Made by a program: the position numbers and the translations under genes. Shown here in pieces: positions 1 to 10,318 of a stretch of DNA of 64,000 nucleotides. The notes under the pieces are model-generated. The model was not told the origin of the DNA. It saw only the letters and a program-made list of their open reading frames with translations, and did no database searches. The number at the start of each line of letters is the position of its first letter. Within the stretch, counting starts at the first letter, position 1. Source of the DNA: Paracoccaceae bacterium (GTDB lineage: Bacteria > Pseudomonadota > Alphaproteobacteria > Rhodobacterales > Rhodobacteraceae); contig JBNKVT010000021.1 in NCBI GenBank assembly GCA_050299335.1, positions 76,756 to 140,755 of the forward strand, given 5' to 3'.

Positions 1-931
1 GCAGCAGGCCGACAGCCGTATCCTGTCCCGCGCCGCCATCCCCACCGGCCCCTTCTGGCCCAATCCTCCCCTGGTGCTGGCGCTTTCGGGGATGCTCGGG
101 CTCTTCCTCGGCTCGGCGCTGATCCTGATCCGCGAGATGCGCCACACCACCTTCCGCACCCCGTCCGAGATCGAGGCCGTCACCGGCTATTCCGTTCTCG
201 GCTCGATCCCGCAGATCAGCCGCCGCCATGGCACGCCGCTCGATTATGCGGCAAGAAACCCCAACGCGCCGCTGGCCGAGGCGGTGCGGAACCTGCGCAC
301 CTCGATCCTTCTGAGCGATCCCGACACGCCGCCGAAGGTCGTCATGATCACCTCCTCGGTGCCCGACGAGGGCAAGAGTGCCGCCGCCCTGATGCTGGCC
401 CAGAACCTCGCCGCCATGGGTCGCTCGGTCCTGATGGTCGAGGCCGATATCCGCCGCCCGGTCTGCGCGGCGATGTTCGGCAAGCGCGGCCATGAGGGCC
501 TGTTGTCGCTGCTGTCGGAATCCACCACGCCGGCCGAGGCCATCTTCCGCCCCGAGGGCATGCAATTCGACATGCTGGTCGGTGAAAACGCCACCACCAA
601 TGCCGCCGACCTGTTCAGCCATTTCCGCTTCGAGCGGTTCCTGGAGATCATGCGCGGCCAGTATGACCATATCGTCATCGACACCGCCCCCGTCCTCGCC
701 GTGCCCGACGCCCGCGTCATCGCGCCCCGGGCCGATGCGGTGCTCTATGCCGTGCAATGGGACCGGACCGACCGTGCGCTGGTGCGGCGCGGGTTGAAGA
801 TGTTCGAAAGCCTCAGGATCGGGATCAGCGGGCTGGTGCTGACCCGGGTCAACGAGCGCCGGATGGAGCAATACGGCTCGGGCGCGCCCTATGGCGAATA
901 TGCGGGCCAGGTGGCCTATTACAGGAGCTGA
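1..931 (+). CDS. Polysaccharide-biosynthesis tyrosine autokinase (Wzc/ExoP/BY-kinase), C-terminal part; the 5' end lies outside the window
   Basis: The frame is open from nt 2. The Pro-rich motif and second TM (AIPTGPFWPNPPLVLALSGMLGLFLG) typical of Wzz/ExoP are present. A P-loop-like region (SSVPDEGKSAAA) and Walker B (HIVIDTAPV) follow. The C-terminus is Tyr-rich (YGSGAPYGEYAGQVAYY). Confidence 0.75.
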   Translation, partial: QQADSRILSRAAIPTGPFWPNPPLVLALSGMLGLFLGSALILIREMRHTTFRTPSEIEAVTGYSVLGSIPQISRRHGTPLDYAARNPNAPLAEAVRNLRTSILLSDPDTPPKVVMITSSVPDEGKSAAALMLAQNLAAMGRSVLMVEADIRRPVCAAMFGKRGHEGLLSLLSESTTPAEAIFRPEGMQFDMLVGENATTNAADLFSHFRFERFLEIMRGQYDHIVIDTAPVLAVPDARVIAPRADAVLYAVQWDRTDRALVRRGLKMFESLRIGISGLVLTRVNERRMEQYGSGAPYGEYAGQVAYYRS

Positions 932-932
932 C

Positions 933-1658
933 ATGCTGCATCTGCGCGACCTGCTCTTTCGCAATGGCCTGTCCGGCATCGCCCCGGACGAGCCGCTTTG
1001 CGTGATCGGCGACATCCACGGGCGGCTAGACCTGCTGGACGCGCTCCTGGCGCGGGTCGGGGAAGACCACCGGCTGGTCTTTGTCGGCGATTACCTCGAC
1101 CGCGGCCCGCAATCGGCGCAGGTGCTCGACCGGCTGATCGGGCTGACGGCGCAGGGGCGGGCGACCTGCCTTTTGGGCAATCACGAGGCGATGTTCCTCG
1201 GCTTTGTCGATGCGCCTGAACGCGGCGGCGGCTGGCTCAGGGCCGGGGGGACCGCGACGCTGGAAAGCTACGGTGTGACCGGGGTCGGCGAATGGGCCGA
1301 TCTCAAGGCGCGTCTGGCCGCCCAGGCCGCGCTTCTGAAGGCGCTGCCGCTGGAGCATCTTGCCTTCCTTTTCTCGCTGCGTCCGGGCCTGGTGTCCGGC
1401 AATGTGCTGATCTCCCATGCCGGAGCCGATCCGCATCAGCCGGTGAACGGGCAAAGCTGGGAGGCGCTGGTCTGGGGGCATGGGGATTTCGACAGGGTAC
1501 CGCGCCGCGACGGGCTCTGGGTGATCCATGGCCACCGGATCACCCGCGAGCCCCGGGCAGACGGCGGTCGGGTCGCCGTCGATACCGGCGCCTGGCGGAC
1601 CGGTCAGCTGACCGCGGCCATGATCGGCGCGGGGACATTACGTTTCGTGAGCACCTGA
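933..1658 (+). CDS. PPP-family metallophosphoesterase (bacterial Ser/Thr/Tyr protein phosphatase, PrpA/ApaH-like)
   Basis: Motifs GDIHG, GDYLDRG and GNHE are present. An AGGAG RBS sits 5 nt upstream of the ATG at 933. The gene starts 2 nt after the kinase stop. Confidence 0.7.
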   Translation: MLHLRDLLFRNGLSGIAPDEPLCVIGDIHGRLDLLDALLARVGEDHRLVFVGDYLDRGPQSAQVLDRLIGLTAQGRATCLLGNHEAMFLGFVDAPERGGGWLRAGGTATLESYGVTGVGEWADLKARLAAQAALLKALPLEHLAFLFSLRPGLVSGNVLISHAGADPHQPVNGQSWEALVWGHGDFDRVPRRDGLWVIHGHRITREPRADGGRVAVDTGAWRTGQLTAAMIGAGTLRFVST

Positions 1659-1862
1659 TAATGCGCGCCGCGCAACAGAGAGCCGGGTCCTGAGCACCCC
1701 GGACACGCGCGTCTTGCCCGGATCCCGGCTCTTGTCCCGGGAAAGTGCCGGCGCGCCAGGACATTCGTGGCATGCACTGGCGGTGGCGGCCGAAATTAAC
1801 CTTTTCTTTCCCATTATTCGGTTGATCTGGCTTCTGAGGCAGAAAGTCGGAATCACACTCCT

Positions 1863-4800
1863 ATGACCAGTCAGAACGCGACCCCGGGGATTGCCGTCAT
1901 CGGTTACGGCGTCCGCGCTTCCGGCGTGTCCGGTCCCGAGGCTTTCTGGCAGGCGCTTCTGGACCGTCGCTGCACCATCACCGATATCCCCGGTTCGCGC
2001 TGGTCCCGCGACCGTTTCACCCATCCCGACCCGTCCATGCCCGGCACCACCTATGTCGCCCGCGCCGGGATCGTGCCGGATCTCTTCGAGTTCGACGCCG
2101 AGTTCTTCGGCATCTCGCCCCGCGAAGCCGTCCAGATCGACCCCCAGCAGCGGCTGTTGATGGAGGTCACCTGGGAGGCGCTCGACCATGCCGGCCTCCG
2201 CGCCGAGACCCTGGCCGGCGACGGCACCGGCATCTTCATCGGGGCTTCGTCGCTCGACCACGGCGGCCGCTTCGCCGGCGGCATGCAGGCCATCGACAGC
2301 GCCTTCATGCTCGGCAACACGCTGTCGATCCACTCCAACCGGCTGTCCTACCTCCTCGACGCCAAGGGCCCCAGCTATACCGTCGACACCGCCTGTTCCT
2401 CCTCCGCCTTCGCGCTGCATCAGGCCTGCGAGGCGCTGCGGTCGGGCGAGATCGACACCGCCATCGTCGGCGGGGTCAACGCCCTCCTCTCGCCGCTGCC
2501 CTTCATCGGCTTCGCCCGCGCCGCAATGCTGTCGCCCGACGGGCTCTGCCAGGCCTTCTCGGCCAATGCCAATGGCTATGTCCGCGCCGAGGGGGCGGCC
2601 GTGTTCGTGCTGAAACGCAGCGGCGAGACCGAGGGCCTGCGCACCCGCTCGGTCATCCTCGGTACCGGCACCAATACCGACGGGCGCACGGGCGGCATGT
2701 CGATGCCCTCGCCCGAGGGCCAGGCCGCCCTCATTCGCCGCATCGCGACCCGCCTCAACCTCGATCCAAACGATCTGGCCTTTGTCGAGGCCCATGGCAC
2801 CGGCACGCCCGTCGGTGATCCGGTCGAAGCGCAGGCCATCGGCTCGGTCTATGGCAAAGGCCGTGGCACCCCGCTGCCCATCGGCTCGGCCAAGACCAAT
2901 TTCGGCCATCTCGAACCCGGCTCCGGCCTCATCGGATTGCTGAAGGCGCAGCTGGCGCTGGAGAACGACCTGCTGCCCGCAACACTTCACGCCGAAGACC
3001 TGAACCCGCATATCCCCTTCGACGCGCTTCGCCTCACCGTCGCCACCGATCCCGTTCCGCTGGAGCCGCGCAAGCGCCCCTGGCTGGCGGCGGTCAATTC
3101 CTTCGGCTTCGGTGGTGCCAATGCCCATATCGTGCTGCGCCAGCCCTGGGAGCATGAAAACCCCGCCCGCCCGGATGTTCCACCCGCCATCTCGTCGCTG
3201 ATGCTGAGTGCCGCCACCGCCGACAGCCTGACCGACCTCGCCGCCAGCTGGGCCGCGACCCTGAGCGATATCCCCGCCTCCGACGCCGCCATCCGCATCA
3301 ACAACGCCAACCACCATCTGACCCGGCACCGCCACCGGGTGCTTCTGTCCGGGGACACGCCCGCAGAAATCGCCACCGCCGCCAGCCGTTTCTCCGAAGG
3401 CGCCGAGTGCCCCACCATCCAGACCGGCCTCGCCTATCGCTCGGGTCCCGTCGGGTTCCTCTATAGCGGCAATGGGGCGCAATGGGCCGGTATGGGGCGG
3501 CATCTGTTCGAGACCGATCCGGTGTTCCGCGAGGCCTTCGACCGTGTCTCGGGCCTCGTCGTGGATTGGGGCGGACCGAACCTTCGCGATCTGATCGTTT
3601 CGGCAACACTGGAACAGGAGCTCAAGCGTTCCACCAACTGCCAGCCGCTCAACTTCGCCCTGCAGGTCGCCCTGACCGAGGCGCTGCGACAGACCGGCCT
3701 CGTGCCCACCGCCATCGCTGGGCATTCGGCGGGCGAGGTCGCCGCCGCCTGGGCTTCGGGTGGGCTGAGCCTTGAAGATGCCGTCCACCTGATCTGTCCC
3801 CGGGCCGTGACGCTGGAAGCCATTCGCGGCACCGGGTCGATGGCCGCCGTGCTGACCGACCGGGCCACCTGCGAAAAGCTTCTCACCGGCCTTGCCCTTG
3901 AAATCTCTGCGGAAAACTCGCCCCGGTCGCTGACCGTCTCCGGCCCGGTCGAGGACCTGAAACTCCTCGCCACCCGCGCCCGCAAATCCCGGGTCGCCGC
4001 CAAGATCCTCGATATCGACTATCCCTATCATTCGGTTGAAGTCGAACGCGTCGAGGATCGCCTGCGGGCCGATCTGTCGCGCCTGCGCCCCCAGCCGTCG
4101 GAAGCCACCTATTATTCCTCGACCCATGGCCGCGCCATCGATACCACAACGCTCGACGCCGACTACTGGTGGCAGAATGCCCGCCAGCCGGTCCGTTTCC
4201 GCGCGGCTGTCGAGGCGATGATCGCCGACGGTATCCAGGTCCTGGTCGAAATCGGTGCCCGCACCGTCCTGAAGACCTATGTCACCGACACGATCGAGGC
4301 CGCCGGATCCAACGCCGTTCATATCCGCAGCCTCGACCCCGGCCCGCGCGAAACCGTCACCCCCCGCCAGATCGCCGCCGAGGCCGTCGCCTCCGGGGCC
4401 ATCCCGGCCCCCCGCCGCTTCTGGGGGCCACCGGTGCCGTTTCAGGGCGGCCTTCCCCGTTATCCCTGGGCACACGAGACCCATGCCGCCCCGCTGGCGG
4501 AGGATGCCATCGACCTCTTCGGCGGCCATTGCCGCGAGCACCCGCTTATCGGCCACCGCCTCCGCCCCGGGGAGGGGCCTTGGCACGCCACCATCGATCC
4601 CACCCGCCTGCCCTGGCTCGCCGACCACAAGGTCGACGGCGTGCCGGTCCTGCCCGCCGCCGCGCTGTTCGACATCCTCGCCGAAGCGGGTCGCGAGACA
4701 TTCGCCGAGCCGGTCGAGATCACCGATGCCGACCTTCTGCATGCCGTCACCTTCCCAGAAAACCAGCCGGTGGACCTCCGCACCACCCTTGAGCCCGCAA

Positions 4801-7800
4801 CCGGTGCCATCAGCATCGAGACCCGCCGCCATGGCGCGGGTCAGGACTGGACGCCGGCCGCCGCCGCCACGCTCCGCCCCTGCCCGCCCGGCGAGCCTTT
4901 GCCCTTCGATGACGCGCCCGAGGGCCCGCTCGACCTTGGCTGGCTCTATGGCAAGCTCGAGGCCTGTGCGCTGAGCTACGGCCCCGCCTTCCGCCTGATC
5001 GACATGGCCGCCGTCGGCCCCAAAACCGCCCGCGTCACCCTCTGCCCCCCGGTGGAGCGCGACCACAGTCTAAGCCCCTTCAGCCTCGATTCCGCGCTGC
5101 ATGTCTTCTACCCGCTCATCGACAGCGAAAGCGTCAAACCCCTGAAACCGGGCGAGACAATCCTGCCCCTGCGCGCTGCCCGCATCCGCGTCCTCCAGCC
5201 CGGCACCCCCGCCTCCGAGGCGCGCCTCCGCCTGTCGCGGGTCGGCGACCGCGAGGCGGTCGGCGATGTCCAGCTCCTCGCCGCCACCGGTGAGGTCACC
5301 ACCGAGATTACCGGCCTCCGGCTGCAGAAACACCGTCTCGCGGGCGCGAAACGCCGGGCCGGGGCCTGGCACACGACCCCGACCCGCCTCCGCCCCGGAA
5401 CGCCCGTCGCTTTGCCGGAGGTCTGGTGCGACCCAATGGCCCGCGCCGCCGATCTCGGTCTTCTCGCCGGGGACGATACCCCGCTGACCGATGCCGCGAT
5501 CCTGATCGACGCCGCCGCCCGCCGCCTCACCCGCGACGCCCTTGCAGGCATCGCCGCCCTGACCGGCAACGACCCGCTTGAACGCCTTTGCCTCGACGCC
5601 CTCGCCAGCGATGGCGAGGCCGAGCGGAGCGGGAACGGCCACACCCTGAGCGCGGCCACATCCTATCCCGATTTCGACACCATCCTCGCCGAACTCACCC
5701 GCCTTGCCCCAGACCGCGCGCCCGAGATCGCCGCCCTCGGCAAGCTTCGCCTGCTGCTCCCGGCAGCCCTTGCCGGAGAGCCGACGCGCCCGGCGAAACC
5801 CGCCGGCCCCACCGCCTTTGAGCGCGCCCTCTGGGACCGCACTGCCCGGCTCGCCGACGACCTCATCGCCAAATGGCACCCCGGGGAGCGCCTGATCCTC
5901 GGCCTTACCGGCACCCCGCCCCGCGCCCTGCTCTCGCGACTGCTGGAGGCCTGCGATGGCATCGTCCTGCCCGGTGGCTATGCACCACTCGCCCATCCGC
6001 GCCTCTCCACCGACCCCTCGCGCGAGGTCGATATCCTGATCGAGACCGGCATCCCGCTGCCCGATCCCGACCGCCGCCTCGCGCCCGGCGGCCTGGTCCT
6101 GACGCTCAGCCACGGACCCGACCTCTTCCAGACCCTCCACCAGTCCCTGATCTGCGGCCAGGCGCTCCCGACCGCCACCGGCGCGCCGCTGGCCATCGAG
6201 GAGGGCGACGCGACGCTCGCCGCCGCGATCACGCCTGCCGCCGCGACCGCGCTGCCCGACCTTCCGGACCTCCATGTCATCGGCAGCGCGCCGGGCCTCG
6301 AGGACACCGGCCCCGCGGCCCCCGACTGGGTGCTTGTGGCAGAGGCCGGACCCGACAGCCTCGCCACCACTTCCGAGACCTTTACCCGCCTCCAGGACGC
6401 GCTTTCCGACGCCCGGCCCGACCGCCTGTGGCTGCTCACTGACGCCGCCGCCGGCCTCAGCGGCCTTTGCCGCACACTCTGCAACGAGGGCATCGCGGCG
6501 CGGCTGTTGGAAACCCCGCTCAGCGAGACCCTGCCCGAGATCCTCGCCCGCGCCATCGCCTTTGCCGGGGACGAAACCGAGATCCGCATCGACCCCGCCA
6601 CCGGGGCCTGGCACGCCCCGCGCATCGAACCGGTCCCCCTCCCCGCGCGGCAGGAGGGCGACGCCTGGCACCTAACCCAGAGCCGGGAAAACGACCTCGA
6701 CGCCCTGACCTGGGACCCGGCCAGACGCCGCGCCCCCGATCCCGGCGAGGTCGAGGTGGACATCGCCGCCACCGGCCTGAATTTCCGCGATGTGCTCTGG
6801 GCGCAGGGACTGCTGCCGGAAGAAGCCCTCGCCGACGGCTTCACCGGCCCGGCGCTCGGCATGGAATGCGCCGGTCGCGTCACCCGCTCCGCCGACCCGT
6901 CCCTGCCCGAGGGCACGGAGGTCATGGGCTTCGCCCCCGCCGCCTTTTCCTCCCATCTCACCGGCCCGGCGCGGTCCTTCACGCCGATCCCGCCCGGCCT
7001 GACGGCGGCGCAGGCCGCCACCATCCCGACCATTTTCGTCACCGCCCTCTATGCCATTGAAAATCTTGCCAATCTCCGCAAGGGCGAGACGATCCTCATC
7101 CATGGCGCCGCCGGAGGCGTCGGCCTAGCCGCCCTGCAGGTCGCCAGGAGGACCGGCGCCCGCATCCTCGCCACCGCCGGCACGGAGGAAAAACGCACCC
7201 TTCTCCGCCGCCTCGGCGCCGATGCCGTCTTCTCCTCCCGTGATACCGGCTTTGCCGATGCGGTCCGCGCGGCGGGCGGGGCTGACGTGGTTCTGAACTC
7301 GCTGGCGGGCGAAGCCATGGCGCGGTCGCTGGACTGCCTCAGGCCCTTTGGCCGCTTCGTTGAGCTGGGCAAGCGCGACCTCTACGCAAATTCGCGGCTC
7401 GGCCTGCGCCCCTTCCGCCGCAACCTGTCTTATTTCGCCCTCGATGCCGATCAGCTTTTCTCGGCCCGTCCCGACCTTCTCGAAACCCTGCTGGCGCGGC
7501 TACAGGACGGTTTCGCCACCGGCGCCTTCACTGTCCCGCCACATCAGGTCTTCGCCGCCGAAGACGCCGTCGACGCCTTCCGCCTCATGCAACGCGCGGG
7601 CCATATCGGCAAGATCCTGATCAGCCCACCGCGATCCCAGCCCAAACCCCTGGAAATGCCGGACTATTCCGGCACCTGGCTGATCACCGGCGGTCTCGGC
7701 GGCTTCGGTATCGAGACCGCGATCCGCCTGGCCGAAAACGGGGCCGACCGACTGATCCTCACCAGCCGCAGAGGCAGCCTGCCGGACGCCGCCCGTGCCC

Positions 7801-8825
7801 GGCTCGAAGCCACGGGGGCGGCCATCGAACCCGTCGCCGCCGACGTCACCGATGCCGGGGCGATGGCGGCGCTCATCGACCGGATCGGCCCGCTGACGGG
7901 CATCGTCCACGCCCCCATGGTGCTTGAAGACCGCCTTTTTGCCGATCTCGACGCGGCGCGAACCTCCCGTGTCCTCGCCCCCAAGATCAAGGGGCTCGAC
8001 ATTCTCGAAGCGGCCACCAGGGCGACCCCGCCGCGCTATTTCGTCTGCTATTCCTCTCTCGCCGCCCTCATCGGCAATCCCGGCCAGTCGGCCTATGCCA
8101 CCGCCAATGCCTATCTTGACGCCCGGATGCGCGCCCGCCGCGCCGCGGGTCTGCACGGGCTGGCCATCGGCTGGGGGCCGATCGGCGATGTCGGGGTGCT
8201 GGCGGGCGACCCGGCCGAGCGCGAGATGATGGCCAAGAAACTGGGCGCGCCGCTGCTGAGTTCCACCGAAGCCCTTGATGCGCTGGAGGACTTTCTGCGT
8301 TCCGACAATGCCGTCGTCACCTTCACCGCGATGAACTGGGGCCGCATGGCGGGTGACCTGCCGCTGCTGCAGACCCCGCTGACCGAACGGCTCGACCTCG
8401 CCCGCACCGGCGCCGAATCCGCCGCCGGCCTCGCCGAGATGATCGCCGGTCTCGCCCCCGACAAGGCCCTGAAGAAGGTCACCGACCTCCTGCGCGACGA
8501 GGCCGCCGCCATCCTGCGGCTGGCCCCGTCCGATCTCGACCCGCTCCGCCCGTTGGCCGAACTGGGTTTCGACTCGCTGATGGCCCTGAATCTGCGCATG
8601 GTCGCCGAGGAAAAATACGGCGTCCAGCTGCCGCTGATCTCGCTGATGGACGGCACCACCCTGGCCCAGGCCGCCGCGATGCTGATGCGAAACGAGGCCG
8701 GCGAGACCGCCTCGACTGTCAGCGACCTGCACCAGACCCATGTCACCGGCGGCGCGGTGCCCGACGAGATACGGCGCGAAATCGAAAGCCGTGCTGCGAA
8801 CCTGAAAAACGTTTCCAACGGATAG
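1863..8825 (+). CDS. rkpA: Reducing type I polyketide synthase KS-AT-DH-ER-KR-ACP, RkpA-like (capsular polysaccharide lipid-carrier PKS)
   Basis: KS domain: DTACSSS, EAHGTGTPVGDP, NFGHLEPGSG. AT domain: GHSAGEVAAAW. DH domain: HPLIGHRL...P. ER domain: LIHGAAGGVGLAALQ. KR domain: GTWLITGGLGGFGIETA. ACP domain: LGFDSLMALNL. The domain order matches S. meliloti RkpA. Confidence 0.75.
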   Translation: MTSQNATPGIAVIGYGVRASGVSGPEAFWQALLDRRCTITDIPGSRWSRDRFTHPDPSMPGTTYVARAGIVPDLFEFDAEFFGISPREAVQIDPQQRLLMEVTWEALDHAGLRAETLAGDGTGIFIGASSLDHGGRFAGGMQAIDSAFMLGNTLSIHSNRLSYLLDAKGPSYTVDTACSSSAFALHQACEALRSGEIDTAIVGGVNALLSPLPFIGFARAAMLSPDGLCQAFSANANGYVRAEGAAVFVLKRSGETEGLRTRSVILGTGTNTDGRTGGMSMPSPEGQAALIRRIATRLNLDPNDLAFVEAHGTGTPVGDPVEAQAIGSVYGKGRGTPLPIGSAKTNFGHLEPGSGLIGLLKAQLALENDLLPATLHAEDLNPHIPFDALRLTVATDPVPLEPRKRPWLAAVNSFGFGGANAHIVLRQPWEHENPARPDVPPAISSLMLSAATADSLTDLAASWAATLSDIPASDAAIRINNANHHLTRHRHRVLLSGDTPAEIATAASRFSEGAECPTIQTGLAYRSGPVGFLYSGNGAQWAGMGRHLFETDPVFREAFDRVSGLVVDWGGPNLRDLIVSATLEQELKRSTNCQPLNFALQVALTEALRQTGLVPTAIAGHSAGEVAAAWASGGLSLEDAVHLICPRAVTLEAIRGTGSMAAVLTDRATCEKLLTGLALEISAENSPRSLTVSGPVEDLKLLATRARKSRVAAKILDIDYPYHSVEVERVEDRLRADLSRLRPQPSEATYYSSTHGRAIDTTTLDADYWWQNARQPVRFRAAVEAMIADGIQVLVEIGARTVLKTYVTDTIEAAGSNAVHIRSLDPGPRETVTPRQIAAEAVASGAIPAPRRFWGPPVPFQGGLPRYPWAHETHAAPLAEDAIDLFGGHCREHPLIGHRLRPGEGPWHATIDPTRLPWLADHKVDGVPVLPAAALFDILAEAGRETFAEPVEITDADLLHAVTFPENQPVDLRTTLEPATGAISIETRRHGAGQDWTPAAAATLRPCPPGEPLPFDDAPEGPLDLGWLYGKLEACALSYGPAFRLIDMAAVGPKTARVTLCPPVERDHSLSPFSLDSALHVFYPLIDSESVKPLKPGETILPLRAARIRVLQPGTPASEARLRLSRVGDREAVGDVQLLAATGEVTTEITGLRLQKHRLAGAKRRAGAWHTTPTRLRPGTPVALPEVWCDPMARAADLGLLAGDDTPLTDAAILIDAAARRLTRDALAGIAALTGNDPLERLCLDALASDGEAERSGNGHTLSAATSYPDFDTILAELTRLAPDRAPEIAALGKLRLLLPAALAGEPTRPAKPAGPTAFERALWDRTARLADDLIAKWHPGERLILGLTGTPPRALLSRLLEACDGIVLPGGYAPLAHPRLSTDPSREVDILIETGIPLPDPDRRLAPGGLVLTLSHGPDLFQTLHQSLICGQALPTATGAPLAIEEGDATLAAAITPAAATALPDLPDLHVIGSAPGLEDTGPAAPDWVLVAEAGPDSLATTSETFTRLQDALSDARPDRLWLLTDAAAGLSGLCRTLCNEGIAARLLETPLSETLPEILARAIAFAGDETEIRIDPATGAWHAPRIEPVPLPARQEGDAWHLTQSRENDLDALTWDPARRRAPDPGEVEVDIAATGLNFRDVLWAQGLLPEEALADGFTGPALGMECAGRVTRSADPSLPEGTEVMGFAPAAFSSHLTGPARSFTPIPPGLTAAQAATIPTIFVTALYAIENLANLRKGETILIHGAAGGVGLAALQVARRTGARILATAGTEEKRTLLRRLGADAVFSSRDTGFADAVRAAGGADVVLNSLAGEAMARSLDCLRPFGRFVELGKRDLYANSRLGLRPFRRNLSYFALDADQLFSARPDLLETLLARLQDGFATGAFTVPPHQVFAAEDAVDAFRLMQRAGHIGKILISPPRSQPKPLEMPDYSGTWLITGGLGGFGIETAIRLAENGADRLILTSRRGSLPDAARARLEATGAAIEPVAADVTDAGAMAALIDRIGPLTGIVHAPMVLEDRLFADLDAARTSRVLAPKIKGLDILEAATRATPPRYFVCYSSLAALIGNPGQSAYATANAYLDARMRARRAAGLHGLAIGWGPIGDVGVLAGDPAEREMMAKKLGAPLLSSTEALDALEDFLRSDNAVVTFTAMNWGRMAGDLPLLQTPLTERLDLARTGAESAAGLAEMIAGLAPDKALKKVTDLLRDEAAAILRLAPSDLDPLRPLAELGFDSLMALNLRMVAEEKYGVQLPLISLMDGTTLAQAAAMLMRNEAGETASTVSDLHQTHVTGGAVPDEIRREIESRAANLKNVSNG

Positions 8826-8855
8826 TCTGCAGATGGGTAACCCTGAAGGGGCAAC

Positions 8856-10229
8856 ATGATGACACCACATGCCGGGCCATTGCTGGACCAGCTTCGCGCC
8901 AGCCGCAGCAACCGTTCGGGTCCACGCCGGCCGCCGAACGACAGCACCGGAACAGAGGCCGGAACAGAGGCCGGAACAGGGGCAGGACCGGCGGCGAGCA
9001 GCTTCGATTTTTCGACCCTTCCAGCCTTCGACCAGCTGCGCCTGCAACGCTCGGCGGCGGATATGCTGGGCATCACCCAACCCTACTATCGCACCGGCGC
9101 GGCGGTCTCCGGGGCCCGCGTCACCATCGACGGGCAGGAGAGGATCCAGTTCGCTTCCTACGACTATCTCGGCCTCAACAAGGACCCTCGCATCGCCCAG
9201 GCGATGGCCGACGCCGCAACCGAATTCGGCATTTCGGCCACCGCGAGCCGCCTCGCCGGCGGCCAGCGCCCGCCACACCGCGCCCTGGAACGGCAACTGG
9301 CCGGCCTTTACGGGGCCGAAGACGCGATCACCCTGGTCTCGGGCCACGCCACCAACATCGCCACCATCGCCGCGCTGACCGGGCCGCGCGACCTGTTGCT
9401 GATCGACACGCTCTGTCACAACTCGATCTACGAGGGCGCGCGGATGTCCGGGGCGACCCGGATGACCTTTCCCCATAATGACTGGGACTGGGTCGAGGCA
9501 ACGCTGGCCCAGATCCGTAACCAGTACGAGAATGTGCTGATCGCTGTCGAGGGCCTCTATTCCATGGACGGCGACCTGCCCGACCTCGCCCGCCTCGTCG
9601 GCATCAAATCCCGGCACAAGGCCTGGCTGATGGTCGACGACGCCCATGGGCTGGGCGTCGCAGGCGAGACCGGTCGCGGGGCGTTCGAGGCTTGCGGAAT
9701 CGATCCGGCCACGGTCGAGATCTGGATGGGGACCCTGTCAAAAACGCTCTGCGCTTGCGGCGGCTATATCGCCGGCAGCCGCGCCTTATGCGATTTCCTG
9801 CGCTACAAGGCCGGGGGGCTGGTCTATTCCGTCGGCCTGCCGCCGCCCATCGCCGCCGCCGCTGGCAAGGCGCTTGACCTGATGCTGGCTGAACCCCACC
9901 GGGTGGCGCGGCTGCACGAGAATGGCGGGGCCTTCCTCGCCGCCGCCCGCGCCGCGGGCCTTGATTGCGGGGCCTCGGCGGGGCTGGCCGTCATCCCGGT
10001 GATCATCGGCGATTCAATCCGCTGTGTGCTGGCCGCCGACCGCCTCGGCGCGCGAGGCATCCATGTCATGCCGGTGATCCCGCCGGGGGTGCCGGAAAAA
10101 CTCGCCCGCCTGCGGTTCTTCGTCACCGCATCGCATGGCGCAGAAGACATAGAGACAGCCGTTCGGGAAACCGCCGCCGTTCTGGCCGAGCTTCAGGATC
10201 TCGATCCCATGTCACTGCTGGCGCGCTGA
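8856..10229 (+). CDS. rkpG: PLP-dependent alpha-oxoamine synthase (8-amino-7-oxononanoate synthase/serine palmitoyltransferase family), RkpG-like
   Basis: The class-II aminotransferase fold has the Lys motif GTLSKTLCACGGYIAG. The gene lies immediately downstream of the PKS, matching rkpA-rkpG synteny. Confidence 0.7.
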   Translation: MMTPHAGPLLDQLRASRSNRSGPRRPPNDSTGTEAGTEAGTGAGPAASSFDFSTLPAFDQLRLQRSAADMLGITQPYYRTGAAVSGARVTIDGQERIQFASYDYLGLNKDPRIAQAMADAATEFGISATASRLAGGQRPPHRALERQLAGLYGAEDAITLVSGHATNIATIAALTGPRDLLLIDTLCHNSIYEGARMSGATRMTFPHNDWDWVEATLAQIRNQYENVLIAVEGLYSMDGDLPDLARLVGIKSRHKAWLMVDDAHGLGVAGETGRGAFEACGIDPATVEIWMGTLSKTLCACGGYIAGSRALCDFLRYKAGGLVYSVGLPPPIAAAAGKALDLMLAEPHRVARLHENGGAFLAAARAAGLDCGASAGLAVIPVIIGDSIRCVLAADRLGARGIHVMPVIPPGVPEKLARLRFFVTASHGAEDIETAVRETAAVLAELQDLDPMSLLAR

Positions 10230-10318
10230 ACGGACGCGGCAATCCGGAATTCACCGCCGGTGTCCCGCCGCAGGTGAACCCGGAGTTTCGGGCCGTCTCT
10301 GCCGGGCGCGCTCCGCCC

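Noticed and set aside
1638-5066. 1142-aa minus-strand ORF
   Set aside because: It is antisense to the PKS gene, extremely G/R/A-rich, with no domain logic. A high-GC artefact.
5070-9647. Long minus-strand ORFs (533, 354 and 715 aa) and many 60-200-aa ORFs overlapping the PKS
   Set aside because: All lie inside or antisense to a well-supported 2320-aa PKS reading frame. Low-complexity composition.
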